DNA of 64,000 nt from Tannerellaceae bacterium (GTDB lineage Bacteria; Bacteroidota; Bacteroidia; Bacteroidales; Tannerellaceae): the NCBI GenBank assembly GCA_031270665.1, contig JAISXD010000041.1, forward strand, positions 211 through 64,210, read 5' to 3'. The notes below the pieces were generated by a model that saw nothing but the letters and a program-made list of their open reading frames with translations, was not told the origin of the DNA and did not search any database. A program made the position numbers and the translations under genes. Positions 19,676 through 28,197 of the stretch are shown piece after piece. The stretch's first letter is position 1. Each line of letters opens with the position of its first letter.

Positions 19676-19981
19676 TTATTTTTTTCTAATAATGAATATG
19701 TCTTCGTCTGGCTTTTTCATATAGTATTCTTCGCGGGCAAACCGTTCAAGGCCTACTTTGTCGGTGCGAAGGCTGTTCAATTTCTCTCTATTAATTTTTA
19801 TTTCATCCTGATAGTGTTTGATTTCTTTTTCCAGCTCTCTGATTTTCTCGTCATAGGTATAACGTATATACAAGTTACTGTCGCTGGCGATGAATGTAAA
19901 GGCAACAATTGCAATGGTAACCAGCACATAAGCGTTTATCCTGGATAGATAGTTGTTGTAAAAGCTTTTCAGAAACGACAT
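19676..19981 (-). CDS. ftsB: Septum formation initiator, FtsB/DivIC family
   Basis: One TM, coiled coil, LERFAREEYYMKKPDEDIF; ATG at 19981 lies just downstream of a TATCTTTG box. Confidence 0.85.
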   Translation of the reverse strand: MSFLKSFYNNYLSRINAYVLVTIAIVAFTFIASDSNLYIRYTYDEKIRELEKEIKHYQDEIKINREKLNSLRTDKVGLERFAREEYYMKKPDEDIFIIRKK

Positions 19982-19996
19982 CGTATGAATTATTGT

Positions 19997-20034
19997 ACAC
20001 AAAGATAAATGAATTATTTTGTATATCTTTGTGT
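19997..20034. promoter_or_regulatory. Back-to-back sigma-A -7 boxes for ftsB (-) and dnaX (+)
   Basis: TATCTTTG on the minus strand (20000-20007) and on the plus strand (20024-20031). Confidence 0.75.
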
Positions 20035-20055
20035 GGTTAGAATAAAAAAAGTTTG

Positions 20056-21732
20056 ATGGATAATTATATCGTATCTGCAAGAAAATACCGGCCTTCTACT
20101 TTCCAGAGTGTAGTAGGGCAAAAGTCGCTTACTGTTACGCTGAAGAATGCAATTGCCAAGCATAAACTGGCGCATGCTTATCTGTTTTGCGGCCCTCGCG
20201 GAGTAGGGAAAACGTCGTGTGCACGTATTTTTGCCAAAACAATCAATTGCCTTACACCTGCCTCCGACGGCGAGGCGTGTAATGAATGTGAGTCTTGCCG
20301 GGCTTTCAACGAACAACGGTCGTATAATATTCATGAATTGGATGCTGCGTCTAATAACTCTGTAGATGATATCCGTTCCCTGACAGACCAGGTACGCATA
20401 CCTCCGGCACTGGGTAAATATAAGGTGTTTATTATCGATGAGGTTCATATGCTTAGTACACAGGCGTTTAATGCATTTCTTAAAACGCTGGAAGAACCTC
20501 CCCGCCATGCTTTATTCATATTAGCTACTACGGAGAAGCATAAAGTATTGCCCACGATCTTATCCCGCTGTCAGATATATGATTTTTCCCGTATTTCAAT
20601 AGCCGATATGGTAGAACACCTGGAATATGTATCGTTGCAGGAAAGCGTTATCGCCGAACCGGAGGCGCTGAACGTAATCGCCCAAAAGGCCGATGGCGGT
20701 ATGCGCGATGCGTTGTCTATATTCGACCAGGTGGTGAGCTTTACTAATGGAAACATTACGTATCAAGCAGTTATAGATAACCTGAATGTGCTAGATTACG
20801 AGTATTATTTCAGATTGACAGACGCCATATTATCGGGCAATGTCCGTTCGGCTGTTCTTATACTGGATGATATCTTGAGCAAAGGTTTCGACGGGCAGCA
20901 TATTATCACAGGACTGGCTTCGCATTTCCGGGATTTATTGGTTTGCAAAGACGCATCAACGCTAGTCTTGTTTGAAGTGGGCGCTTCTATCCGCGAACGT
21001 TATAAAGAAACGGCGATACGTTGTATCGACTCGTTTTTATTTAAAGCGATCGAATTGGCAAACGGATGTGATTTGAATTACCGTATAAGCCGCAACAAAC
21101 GTTTGCTGACGGAGTTGCTGTTGATCCAACTATGCCAGATAAACCAACCCCAAGCGGAAGAGAGTAAAAAAAAACTCCTGATTGAACCGGTAGGCGAATC
21201 TTCGCCTGCCGTACCCGCTACATCCACCGCACCGGTAACGCCCTTGCCCCAGGCAGGCCAGGCTCCTCCTAAGAAAGTATCTCAGGGGCCAATATCGACA
21301 TCGATCAAGAAAGCCATAGAGAAAGAACCTGAAAAACAACTACAGCCTGCATCGGCAACAAATGAAGAATCAGCCGATTTTGAACAATCCGAATTAACCG
21401 GGTATTGGGATGAGTATGCGCAAAGAATAGAAAAGAATGCATATTTAAAAGGTGCCATGGTGAACTGCAAACCTGTATTGCAGGAAAATTACACGTTTGA
21501 AGTGGCCGTACACAATCCCGGCCAACAAGAAGAGTTATTAAACGAAAGTATAAACCTATTGCCTTTCTTACGCGCCAATCTGAAAAACAGCCATATTCAA
21601 ATGCGCATCCGCATCTCCGAAACAAACGAAAAAAAATTAGCTTATACTTCCACAGAGAAATATGAACACCTGATGAATATTAACCCTGTATTAAATAAGC
21701 TAAGAGAAGAATTCAACCTGACGCCAGATTGA
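20056..21732 (+). CDS. dnaX: DNA polymerase III subunit gamma/tau
   Basis: ARKYRP, Walker A GPRGVGKT, Zn cysteines, IIDEVHML, SRC motif, Pro/Ala linker and C-terminal domain. Confidence 0.98.
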   Translation: MDNYIVSARKYRPSTFQSVVGQKSLTVTLKNAIAKHKLAHAYLFCGPRGVGKTSCARIFAKTINCLTPASDGEACNECESCRAFNEQRSYNIHELDAASNNSVDDIRSLTDQVRIPPALGKYKVFIIDEVHMLSTQAFNAFLKTLEEPPRHALFILATTEKHKVLPTILSRCQIYDFSRISIADMVEHLEYVSLQESVIAEPEALNVIAQKADGGMRDALSIFDQVVSFTNGNITYQAVIDNLNVLDYEYYFRLTDAILSGNVRSAVLILDDILSKGFDGQHIITGLASHFRDLLVCKDASTLVLFEVGASIRERYKETAIRCIDSFLFKAIELANGCDLNYRISRNKRLLTELLLIQLCQINQPQAEESKKKLLIEPVGESSPAVPATSTAPVTPLPQAGQAPPKKVSQGPISTSIKKAIEKEPEKQLQPASATNEESADFEQSELTGYWDEYAQRIEKNAYLKGAMVNCKPVLQENYTFEVAVHNPGQQEELLNESINLLPFLRANLKNSHIQMRIRISETNEKKLAYTSTEKYEHLMNINPVLNKLREEFNLTPD

Positions 21733-21792
21733 TGCATGCATCGTTTCTACTGTTATCCTTTTAGAATTTCAGCCATTACAGATAGTTATAAA

Positions 21793-21846
21793 AAAAAGCC
21801 GGAATCAGCCAAGCGAGGACAATCGCTTGGCTGATTCCGGCTTTTT
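21793..21846. terminator. Bidirectional intrinsic terminator
   Basis: Perfect 24-bp inverted repeat including A/T tails, 6-nt loop, between convergent dnaX and DUF1080. Confidence 0.93.
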
Positions 21847-21861
21847 AGTCAGACTTTTATT

Positions 21862-22662
21862 TTATAATTCCCTAATCCAGATATTGCGAAAACTGATCGG
21901 TTCGCTGGGGTCTCCGTGGCTTTGGAGAATAATCGGGCCTGCTCCATGAGGCTGAACTTGCGGGAAACCGATATATTCGGTCGTTCCTAATATGGTAGTA
22001 TGATTTTGAAGAAGGATACCGTTTTGGATAACGGTTACCGTGGGAGGATAGCGGTAGCCACCGTTTTCTTTAAATACCGGAGCGGTGTAGATAATGTCGT
22101 ATACATTCCATTCGCCCGGTTTGCGCATGGCGTTTACCAAAGGAGGCGTCTGTTTGTATACGCTGCCGGTCTGGCCGTTCACGTATGTTTCATTCTTGTA
22201 GCAATCCAATACCTGGATTTCATATTTACCTTGCATATATACGCCGCTGTTGCCACGTGACTGGCTTGTTCCGGAGATATTTTCGGGTATGCGCCATTCT
22301 ATGTGCAACTGATAGCTTTCGAATTTCTGTCTGGTTTGAATGTCGCCGGTTTTTTTGTCAACGGTAAATATGCCGTCCTTTACTGTCCAGCGGGCCGGGC
22401 CGCCTTCTTCCCTTGCGCTTTCCCATGCAGAGAGGTCTTTTCCGTCAAATAAAATGATAGCGTCTGAGGGAGGGCTGATAAGGCCGTTTCCCTGGCAAAC
22501 ACCCGGCGTAACGGTGGGTGGTTGGGGCGTCCAATACTCGGACATACCGGGTTTCATACGTTCTTGTTGCGGATATTCTTTTTCTTGTGCATAAGCGCTT
22601 ACGCCGATAATGCCGGACAAAGCGGCAAACAATACCGTCCTGCTTAGGTCTCTTTTGTTCAT
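21862..22662 (-). CDS. DUF1080 (3-keto-disaccharide hydrolase family) protein
   Basis: Signal peptide; PSDAIILFDGKDLSAW, RGNSGV, YEIQVLD, LQSHGDP..ISFRNIWIREL; ATG at 22662 chosen as start. Confidence 0.88.
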   Translation of the reverse strand: MNKRDLSRTVLFAALSGIIGVSAYAQEKEYPQQERMKPGMSEYWTPQPPTVTPGVCQGNGLISPPSDAIILFDGKDLSAWESAREEGGPARWTVKDGIFTVDKKTGDIQTRQKFESYQLHIEWRIPENISGTSQSRGNSGVYMQGKYEIQVLDCYKNETYVNGQTGSVYKQTPPLVNAMRKPGEWNVYDIIYTAPVFKENGGYRYPPTVTVIQNGILLQNHTTILGTTEYIGFPQVQPHGAGPIILQSHGDPSEPISFRNIWIREL

Positions 22663-22725
22663 GGCCTGAATTGAATTTTTAGGTTTATAATAATTTATAT
22701 TTTCTGCAAACATAACTAAATTTAT

Positions 22726-23178
22726 TCACTTATTATGATTAAAGAGCCGTTGTTCTGCAAACTTTTCGTATTTAGTATCCGGCCGGCCATAGTTGCAATA
22801 AGGGTAAATACTGATGCCGCCGCGAGGCGTGAAAATGCCGGTTACTTCGATGTACTTGGGCTCCATAAGCGCTACTAAATCTTTCATGATGGTATTTACA
22901 CAGTCTTCGTGGAAAGCTCCGTGATTGCGAAAACTGAATAAATAGAGCTTCAGGCTTTTACTTTCTACCATTTTTACCGCAGGAATATAATCGATGTAGA
23001 TGGTGGCAAAGTCGGGTTGCCCGGTTATCGGGCAAAGGCTTGTAAATTCGGGGCAATTAAACCGCACCCAATAATCATTTCCCGGATGTTTGTTTGCAAA
23101 GGCTTCCAATACTCCGGGGGCATATTCATTTGTATAAACCGTTTTTTTTCCTAATGAATGTAATTCGTTATTTTCCAT
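22726..23178 (-). CDS. queF: NADPH-dependent preQ0 reductase (unimodular type)
   Basis: [36 protein letters not shown]. Confidence 0.97.
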   Translation of the reverse strand: MENNELHSLGKKTVYTNEYAPGVLEAFANKHPGNDYWVRFNCPEFTSLCPITGQPDFATIYIDYIPAVKMVESKSLKLYLFSFRNHGAFHEDCVNTIMKDLVALMEPKYIEVTGIFTPRGGISIYPYCNYGRPDTKYEKFAEQRLFNHNK

Positions 23179-23487
23179 ATGTATATATTTTTAGTATTTA
23201 TATTATTCCGAACGCAAACTATTCACCGGGTTTTCATTTGCTATGTCCCAGGCGCGCCCTGAAGAGCAAAATAGGATATCATCACACCCAGTACGATAGC
23301 GATTGCCGAGTTGGGAGGTATAGGTGCGAAAAATCTGCGTTACCGGGATAGCAGAAAACATCTACGCCGGCCATGGTGAGCGGCGTATTGTTACTTTCAT
23401 GGCGCAGGGAACAGGCGCATTGATAATCGTACTGTCCATTTTTTTGACACTACTGTATAAATATTGGACACTCCGGCGGGGAATTTG

Positions 23488-23507
23488 GGCCCGGCCCCCG
23501 CCGGGCC
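23488..23507 (-). terminator. GC-rich hairpin just after the DUF6261 stop
   Basis: GGCCCGGC-N4-GCCGGGCC; no U-tract. Confidence 0.4.
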
Positions 23508-23518
23508 GGGCTTTCGCG

Positions 23519-24691
23519 TCAGTCCGGATCGAGAGTCATCATGCCGGGATACCTCATGCCGGTGAAGCGGGCCAGCTCTTCGCCGTCTTTTTCTACCCAT
23601 GCCTCGCAGGGACCGTCGTCGTCGAAGGGAGAGAAGATAATATGATTGACTGACGGGGGCGCTACTTCGAGGCCGGTAACCGTATCCACGCCCTCTACGG
23701 TCACTGTCTTAAAGCCCGTTATGGGAAAGAGCGCGGGAGCTTCGCCGGTTTGTTCAAGTATCAATACGCCCCCTGCGGCGGCCGGGTAAAGAGCTTCGGC
23801 GAAGGCGGCGGCGGCGGCCGGGTAAACGTACATCACTTCCTGCGAAGGCACTTCCTGCGAGGCTACGGCTAATACGGGAGCGGCGTCGCCGGGCGCGTCG
23901 GGAAGAAAGCCGTTGTCGCCGTCTTCTTCATCGTCGCCGGGCTTGCCCTTGCCGGAAGTGGAACCTCCGCGGTGGGCAACGATGGTTTCGTATTGCCTGA
24001 TGGCGGCGTTGATGCGGGTGATAATCAGGTTCAGGGCGTCGGCGTCGGCGGTTTGGCCGGCAAGATTGGCCATGACGTAAGCGGCGTTGAGCGCCTCTGC
24101 AAAATTGGCGAAAGCCTTGTCTGTAAGCGGGCGGATATGCTGCATATTGCCCAGCATTTCGGCCTGTTTGACGTCCATCTCGCGTTCTTCATACAGCGCC
24201 TTGAAGGCCTCGTTGGCCGCTTCCAGCGCGTCTACCGCTTCCGTCAGGCCGAGGGCCTCTACGCAGGAAACGTATTTAGACAGGCGGAGGTCCTGAATCA
24301 TATTCGTTATGAGGGCGCTTGCTTCCGTCAGCGGAGCCTTGGGTATCTTCCTGAAATTGTCGAGTACGAAGGCGAGCCTTTCGGCAGCCTGCTTTTCGGT
24401 GGGGGTCTTTTTGTGAGACGCTGCATCCACGCTCCCTTTCACCACCCTGAAGGCCTCTATCCGTTCTTCGTGGGCTTCCGTGATATAGCGCGTTTCGGCA
24501 GCTTTCCGGCTGCGCTTGTAAATGTCGTCTTCCTTTTGGAACGTGGCGACTAACAGGTTCCACAGTCCAATTATAGCGCCCAGCACGCTTTTGTGTTTCT
24601 CTATAAATTCAATGATTTCCTTAATAAGTTCAAAATGTTCGCCATTCCTGAGGCTCCTTAGAAGGTTTGTGTATTTCTCAATCTTATTCAT
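23519..24691 (-). CDS. DUF6261-family helical protein with an acidic linker and extra C-terminal domain
   Basis: LRNGEHFEL..EDDIYKR..ITEAHEER..LITNMIQDL..LEAANEAF pattern; start at 24691 inferred from the TATATTTG box at 24724-24731. Confidence 0.78.
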   Translation of the reverse strand: MNKIEKYTNLLRSLRNGEHFELIKEIIEFIEKHKSVLGAIIGLWNLLVATFQKEDDIYKRSRKAAETRYITEAHEERIEAFRVVKGSVDAASHKKTPTEKQAAERLAFVLDNFRKIPKAPLTEASALITNMIQDLRLSKYVSCVEALGLTEAVDALEAANEAFKALYEEREMDVKQAEMLGNMQHIRPLTDKAFANFAEALNAAYVMANLAGQTADADALNLIITRINAAIRQYETIVAHRGGSTSGKGKPGDDEEDGDNGFLPDAPGDAAPVLAVASQEVPSQEVMYVYPAAAAAFAEALYPAAAGGVLILEQTGEAPALFPITGFKTVTVEGVDTVTGLEVAPPSVNHIIFSPFDDDGPCEAWVEKDGEELARFTGMRYPGMMTLDPD

Positions 24692-24723
24692 CTCTTTATT
24701 TTTTTTGTTGGTTTGTATTTCTA

Positions 24724-24731
24724 CAAATATA
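24724..24731 (-). promoter_or_regulatory. Sigma-A -7 box for DUF6261
   Basis: TATATTTG matches TAnnTTTG. Confidence 0.65.
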
Positions 24732-24784
24732 CTCATTTATCGAAAAAAAACGTCAGGAAATCCCCCTTTTTTTTATCCCGATCG

Positions 24785-24992
24785 AATCCCGGCGACCGTG
24801 AAACCTCCCCGCCGACCGGCGCGGCCAAATCCCGGCGACCGTGAAACCTCCCCGCCGACCGGCGCGGCCAAATCCCGGCGACCGTGAAACCTTTCCGCCG
24901 ACCGGCGCGGCCAATCCCGGCGACCGTGAAACCTTTCCGCCGACCGGCGCGGCCAATCCCGGCGACCGTGAAAGCTCCCCGCCGACCGGCGG
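24785..24992. repeat. Tandem array of about 5 units of 42-43 bp
   Basis: AATCCCGGCGACCGTGAAACCTYYCCGCCGACCGGCGCGGCC(A) starting at 24785, 24828, 24871, 24913 and 24955; degenerate trace near 24997. Confidence 0.97.
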
Positions 24993-25281
24993 ACGCAATC
25001 ACACCATGTGTGAAACGCCGAAACAGCTTTTATGTACACAAGAACAGAGGAAAATAAACAGAAATCCCATCGGGATATATAAAAACATGTTTCAGTATGA
25101 AAAACTTCGGGAAAATTTGGTAATAAACAAAATAATCGCTATCATTACGGAAAATTCAGTACACGCTATGGAAAAAGACTCGACGCCCTCCATTCTTCAC
25201 CCCTCTGTCTTCTGCCCGGCGGCACGTAACGGCATATAGCAACGGCTCCCGAACCGGGAAGGCGGGAGCCACGAAATAAAC

Positions 25282-25632
25282 ATGACCGGCGGAGAAAACA
25301 ACCAATTTGTAGACCGCTACACCTTTACCGGCCCGGACACGCTCCGGCTGGATTATGTATCCGGTAATATTACACTCTCAGGGGGTACACCTAGTATTTT
25401 ATATTTATAAACGCCTACTAACAGATTGAATCATGAAACGATCTTCTACGTTATGATGACAATCTTCCATCCTGGGCATTTCGCTTTCAATATAAAAGTA
25501 GTAGTTGCAGCCCATCTTCCATTTATTATAACGGCGCCACTTACAGAGCAGGATGGCGCAGCCGCGCAAGGGATAGGAGTTGCAAGTCCCTGCCGGTCTG
25601 TATGCGGCGGTATGGGGCATGAAATCAACTGA
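25282..25632 (+). pseudogene. Fragments of two decayed genes
   Basis: ..DRYTFTGPDTLRLDYVSGNITLSGGTPSIL continues as IYKRLLTD-stop after a 1-nt shift; next ATG at 25433 gives a signal-peptide-like MK/TIFYVMMTIF only with a frameshift. Confidence 0.45.
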
Positions 25633-25704
25633 CATTTATTTTTTAAGAGGGACGTTTTTTTTTGTACGTTTGTGCAGAGATATGTTACTTTATTCTTACG
25701 GGCC

Positions 25705-28197
25705 ATGAAAAAACAAATGCTTCTCTTCTTTTTTGTCTCTTCGGGTGTGCTTTCTTTTGCACAGCAGGAACAGGTTGTTCCTTTTGACAGGGCGTATAAG
25801 CGGGTTTACCGGGCAACGAGGGTTTCCGGTATGCGCCCGGTGATTGACGGGCGGCTGGATGACGGATTTTGGCAAACGCAGGGAGAGTGGTCGGAGGCTT
25901 TTGTGCAGGTTGTCCCGAACGAACGGTTTCCTACTACTTCGCCCACCCGGATGAAAGTGCTGTACGACGACAGGTATATATATGTAGGGGTTTATTGCAG
26001 GGAGAGCGAGCCGGAAAAGATTATCCGCTTTACAGGAAACAGGGACGATAACAGCCTGGGCGATTTGATTAGCGTGGCTTTTGATACGTACCACGACTAC
26101 CGGGCGGCCCCGGAGTTCAATATGAATGCAGGGGGGAACAAGACCGACCTGATTGTAACCGACAACCTGACCGTAAACCGCAGCTGGAACGCCGTATGGG
26201 AAGGAAGGACGCAGGTAAACAGGGCCGACTCGAGCTGGACGGCCGAGCTGAGCATCCCTTTCAGCCAGCTGCGCTACAACCGGCTATCCGGCAAAGGCGT
26301 CTGGGGGCTGCATGTGCGGCGGGTGATACGCCATAAAAACGAAACGCAGAACTGGAGCCTCATCCCGCTGAAAAACAACGGGCATGTATTCTCGTTTGGC
26401 GAGATGCACGGGATGGAGCATTTGCCCAAGCCGCGCAACATAGAGTTCCTGCCCTATGTGATGGGTAAGAAAAGAAGCGGTTGGGGAGGGAATGCCGGTA
26501 TGGACGCCAAGTTTGCACTGTCTGACTTCACACTGGATGTAACGGTCAACCCGGACTTCGGGCAGGTAGAGCTCGACCCGTCTGTGATGAACCTCACGAC
26601 TTTCGAAACGTTTTACGACGAGATGCGCCCTTTCTTCCTGGAAGGAAAGCATATTCTTGATTTCTCTTCGGGCGGCGACCAGCTGTTTTACACCCGCCGC
26701 ATCGGTTCGGAAAACGTACCTGTCATCGGCGCCTTAAAACTGACGGGGACAAACCGGAAGGGGGTGACAATCGGCATGCTGCAAAGCGTAACAGCCCGCC
26801 GGGGCGCTGAAGAACAGGCGGCCAAACCCTTAACGAACTACACCGTGGCCCGGGTGCAAAAGAACTGGAAAGGAAACATCCTGCTGGGCGGCATGCTTAC
26901 TTCCGTAAACCGGGCATTGAACGCGCCTTCCCTCCAGGAAGCCATGATACGCAACGCCTTCACTGCCGCTGTGGACTACACGCATTACTTCAATAACCGC
27001 CTGTATTACGTAGACGCAAAGGGGATGTTCAGCTCGCTGGCAGGCAGCAGGCAGGCCATCACGCTGGTGCAAAACAACCCGGTGCACTATTTTCAGCGGG
27101 CTTCCGCCGCAGGTTATCTGGGGGTAGACGAAAGCCGCACATCCTTAAACGGCACGGGGGGATACGTAAAGGCAGGCAGGAAAGGAAACGCCAAATGGTC
27201 GTTCTCGGAAGAGTTCAACTGGATGTCGCCGGGCTTCGACCTGAACGATATCGGCTACTTAAAGCAGGCAGACGCCCTGTCGGCCGTCACAACCATCGAG
27301 TTTAAACAAACGGAAGTATGGAGGATGTTTCGCTCGAACACCTTCACCTTCTCACAGGAAAACAAATGGGATTACGGCGGAAGCGCTATCAATAACACCG
27401 CGGGCTTCAACTGGAAAACGATGCTCCTCAACCGCTTTGAACTCAGCCTGTATAAGGCTTACGGCTGGAACCGGCTTGATACGCGCCTCCTGAGGGGCGG
27501 GCCGGACATGCGATACAATCCTTACTTCCGGTCTGCCGCAACGTTCAATACAGACAAAGCCCGCCGCATGATGCTTATGCTTGCCTATACGGGCGATCAC
27601 AACACCGATGGCTATAACCGGGCAAACACCCTTTCGCCCAGCCTTTCTTTCCGCCTGGGAAACCATGTCTGTCTGTCGGGGCAGTTTACTTATTCATGGA
27701 ATACCGACAACCTGCAATACGCAGCCCCCCGTATCATGGGGCGCATGAAGCAGGAAACCTACGCCCTCACCATGAAACTACAGGTAAACGTTACGCCCGA
27801 CGTATCGCTGCAATTCTACGGCTCGCCTTTTACCTCGGCCGCCACATTCAGCCATTTTAAAGAAGCGGCCGATACCCGGTCGAACGTTTACGAAGAGCGC
27901 TTCCGCACGTTCGCCCCTGCTTCCCTGTCGTACAGCGACGGCGTATACACGGCAGAAGGGCAAGGGGGCAAGACATCGTTTGCCAACCCCGACTTCAGCT
28001 TCAATGAGTTCCGTTCCAACCTGGTAGCCCGCTGGGAATACCTGCCCGGCTCCACCCTCTACTTCGTATGGGAGCGCCACCTGTCCGGCCGCAGCAACCA
28101 GTACATCCGGGGATGGCGCCCCAACTTAGACCGCATGTCCGGCCTCCCCGCAACAAACACCTTTATGCTTAAACTGAATTATTGGTTTACTATCTGA
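25705..28197 (+). CDS. DUF5916 outer-membrane protein with an N-terminal CBM9-like domain
   Basis: Signal peptide; PVIDGRLDD..W, VNPDFGQVELD, ETFYDEMRPFFLEG, RSNLVARWEY; TACGTTTG box at 25665-25672. Confidence 0.85.
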   Translation: MKKQMLLFFFVSSGVLSFAQQEQVVPFDRAYKRVYRATRVSGMRPVIDGRLDDGFWQTQGEWSEAFVQVVPNERFPTTSPTRMKVLYDDRYIYVGVYCRESEPEKIIRFTGNRDDNSLGDLISVAFDTYHDYRAAPEFNMNAGGNKTDLIVTDNLTVNRSWNAVWEGRTQVNRADSSWTAELSIPFSQLRYNRLSGKGVWGLHVRRVIRHKNETQNWSLIPLKNNGHVFSFGEMHGMEHLPKPRNIEFLPYVMGKKRSGWGGNAGMDAKFALSDFTLDVTVNPDFGQVELDPSVMNLTTFETFYDEMRPFFLEGKHILDFSSGGDQLFYTRRIGSENVPVIGALKLTGTNRKGVTIGMLQSVTARRGAEEQAAKPLTNYTVARVQKNWKGNILLGGMLTSVNRALNAPSLQEAMIRNAFTAAVDYTHYFNNRLYYVDAKGMFSSLAGSRQAITLVQNNPVHYFQRASAAGYLGVDESRTSLNGTGGYVKAGRKGNAKWSFSEEFNWMSPGFDLNDIGYLKQADALSAVTTIEFKQTEVWRMFRSNTFTFSQENKWDYGGSAINNTAGFNWKTMLLNRFELSLYKAYGWNRLDTRLLRGGPDMRYNPYFRSAATFNTDKARRMMLMLAYTGDHNTDGYNRANTLSPSLSFRLGNHVCLSGQFTYSWNTDNLQYAAPRIMGRMKQETYALTMKLQVNVTPDVSLQFYGSPFTSAATFSHFKEAADTRSNVYEERFRTFAPASLSYSDGVYTAEGQGGKTSFANPDFSFNEFRSNLVARWEYLPGSTLYFVWERHLSGRSNQYIRGWRPNLDRMSGLPATNTFMLKLNYWFTI

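Noticed and set aside
19982-20080. N-terminal extension of the ftsB-like ORF (likewise for mfd, DUF6261, DUF5916 and the sigma-54 regulator)
   Set aside because: The extensions run through or start within TAnnTTTG promoter boxes, so downstream starts were preferred
23179-23480. preQ1 riboswitch or queuosine transporter upstream of queF
   Set aside because: No recognisable aptamer; only short hydrophobic fragments (e.g. SAIAIVLGVMISYFAL on the minus strand) that cannot be assigned to a family
24785-24992. CRISPR array
   Set aside because: Units are contiguous and near-identical with no unique spacers, and there are no cas genes in the window
24733-25239. ORFs in several frames across the tandem array
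   Set aside because: They arise from a stop-free GC-rich repeat, and the 43-bp units do not preserve frame
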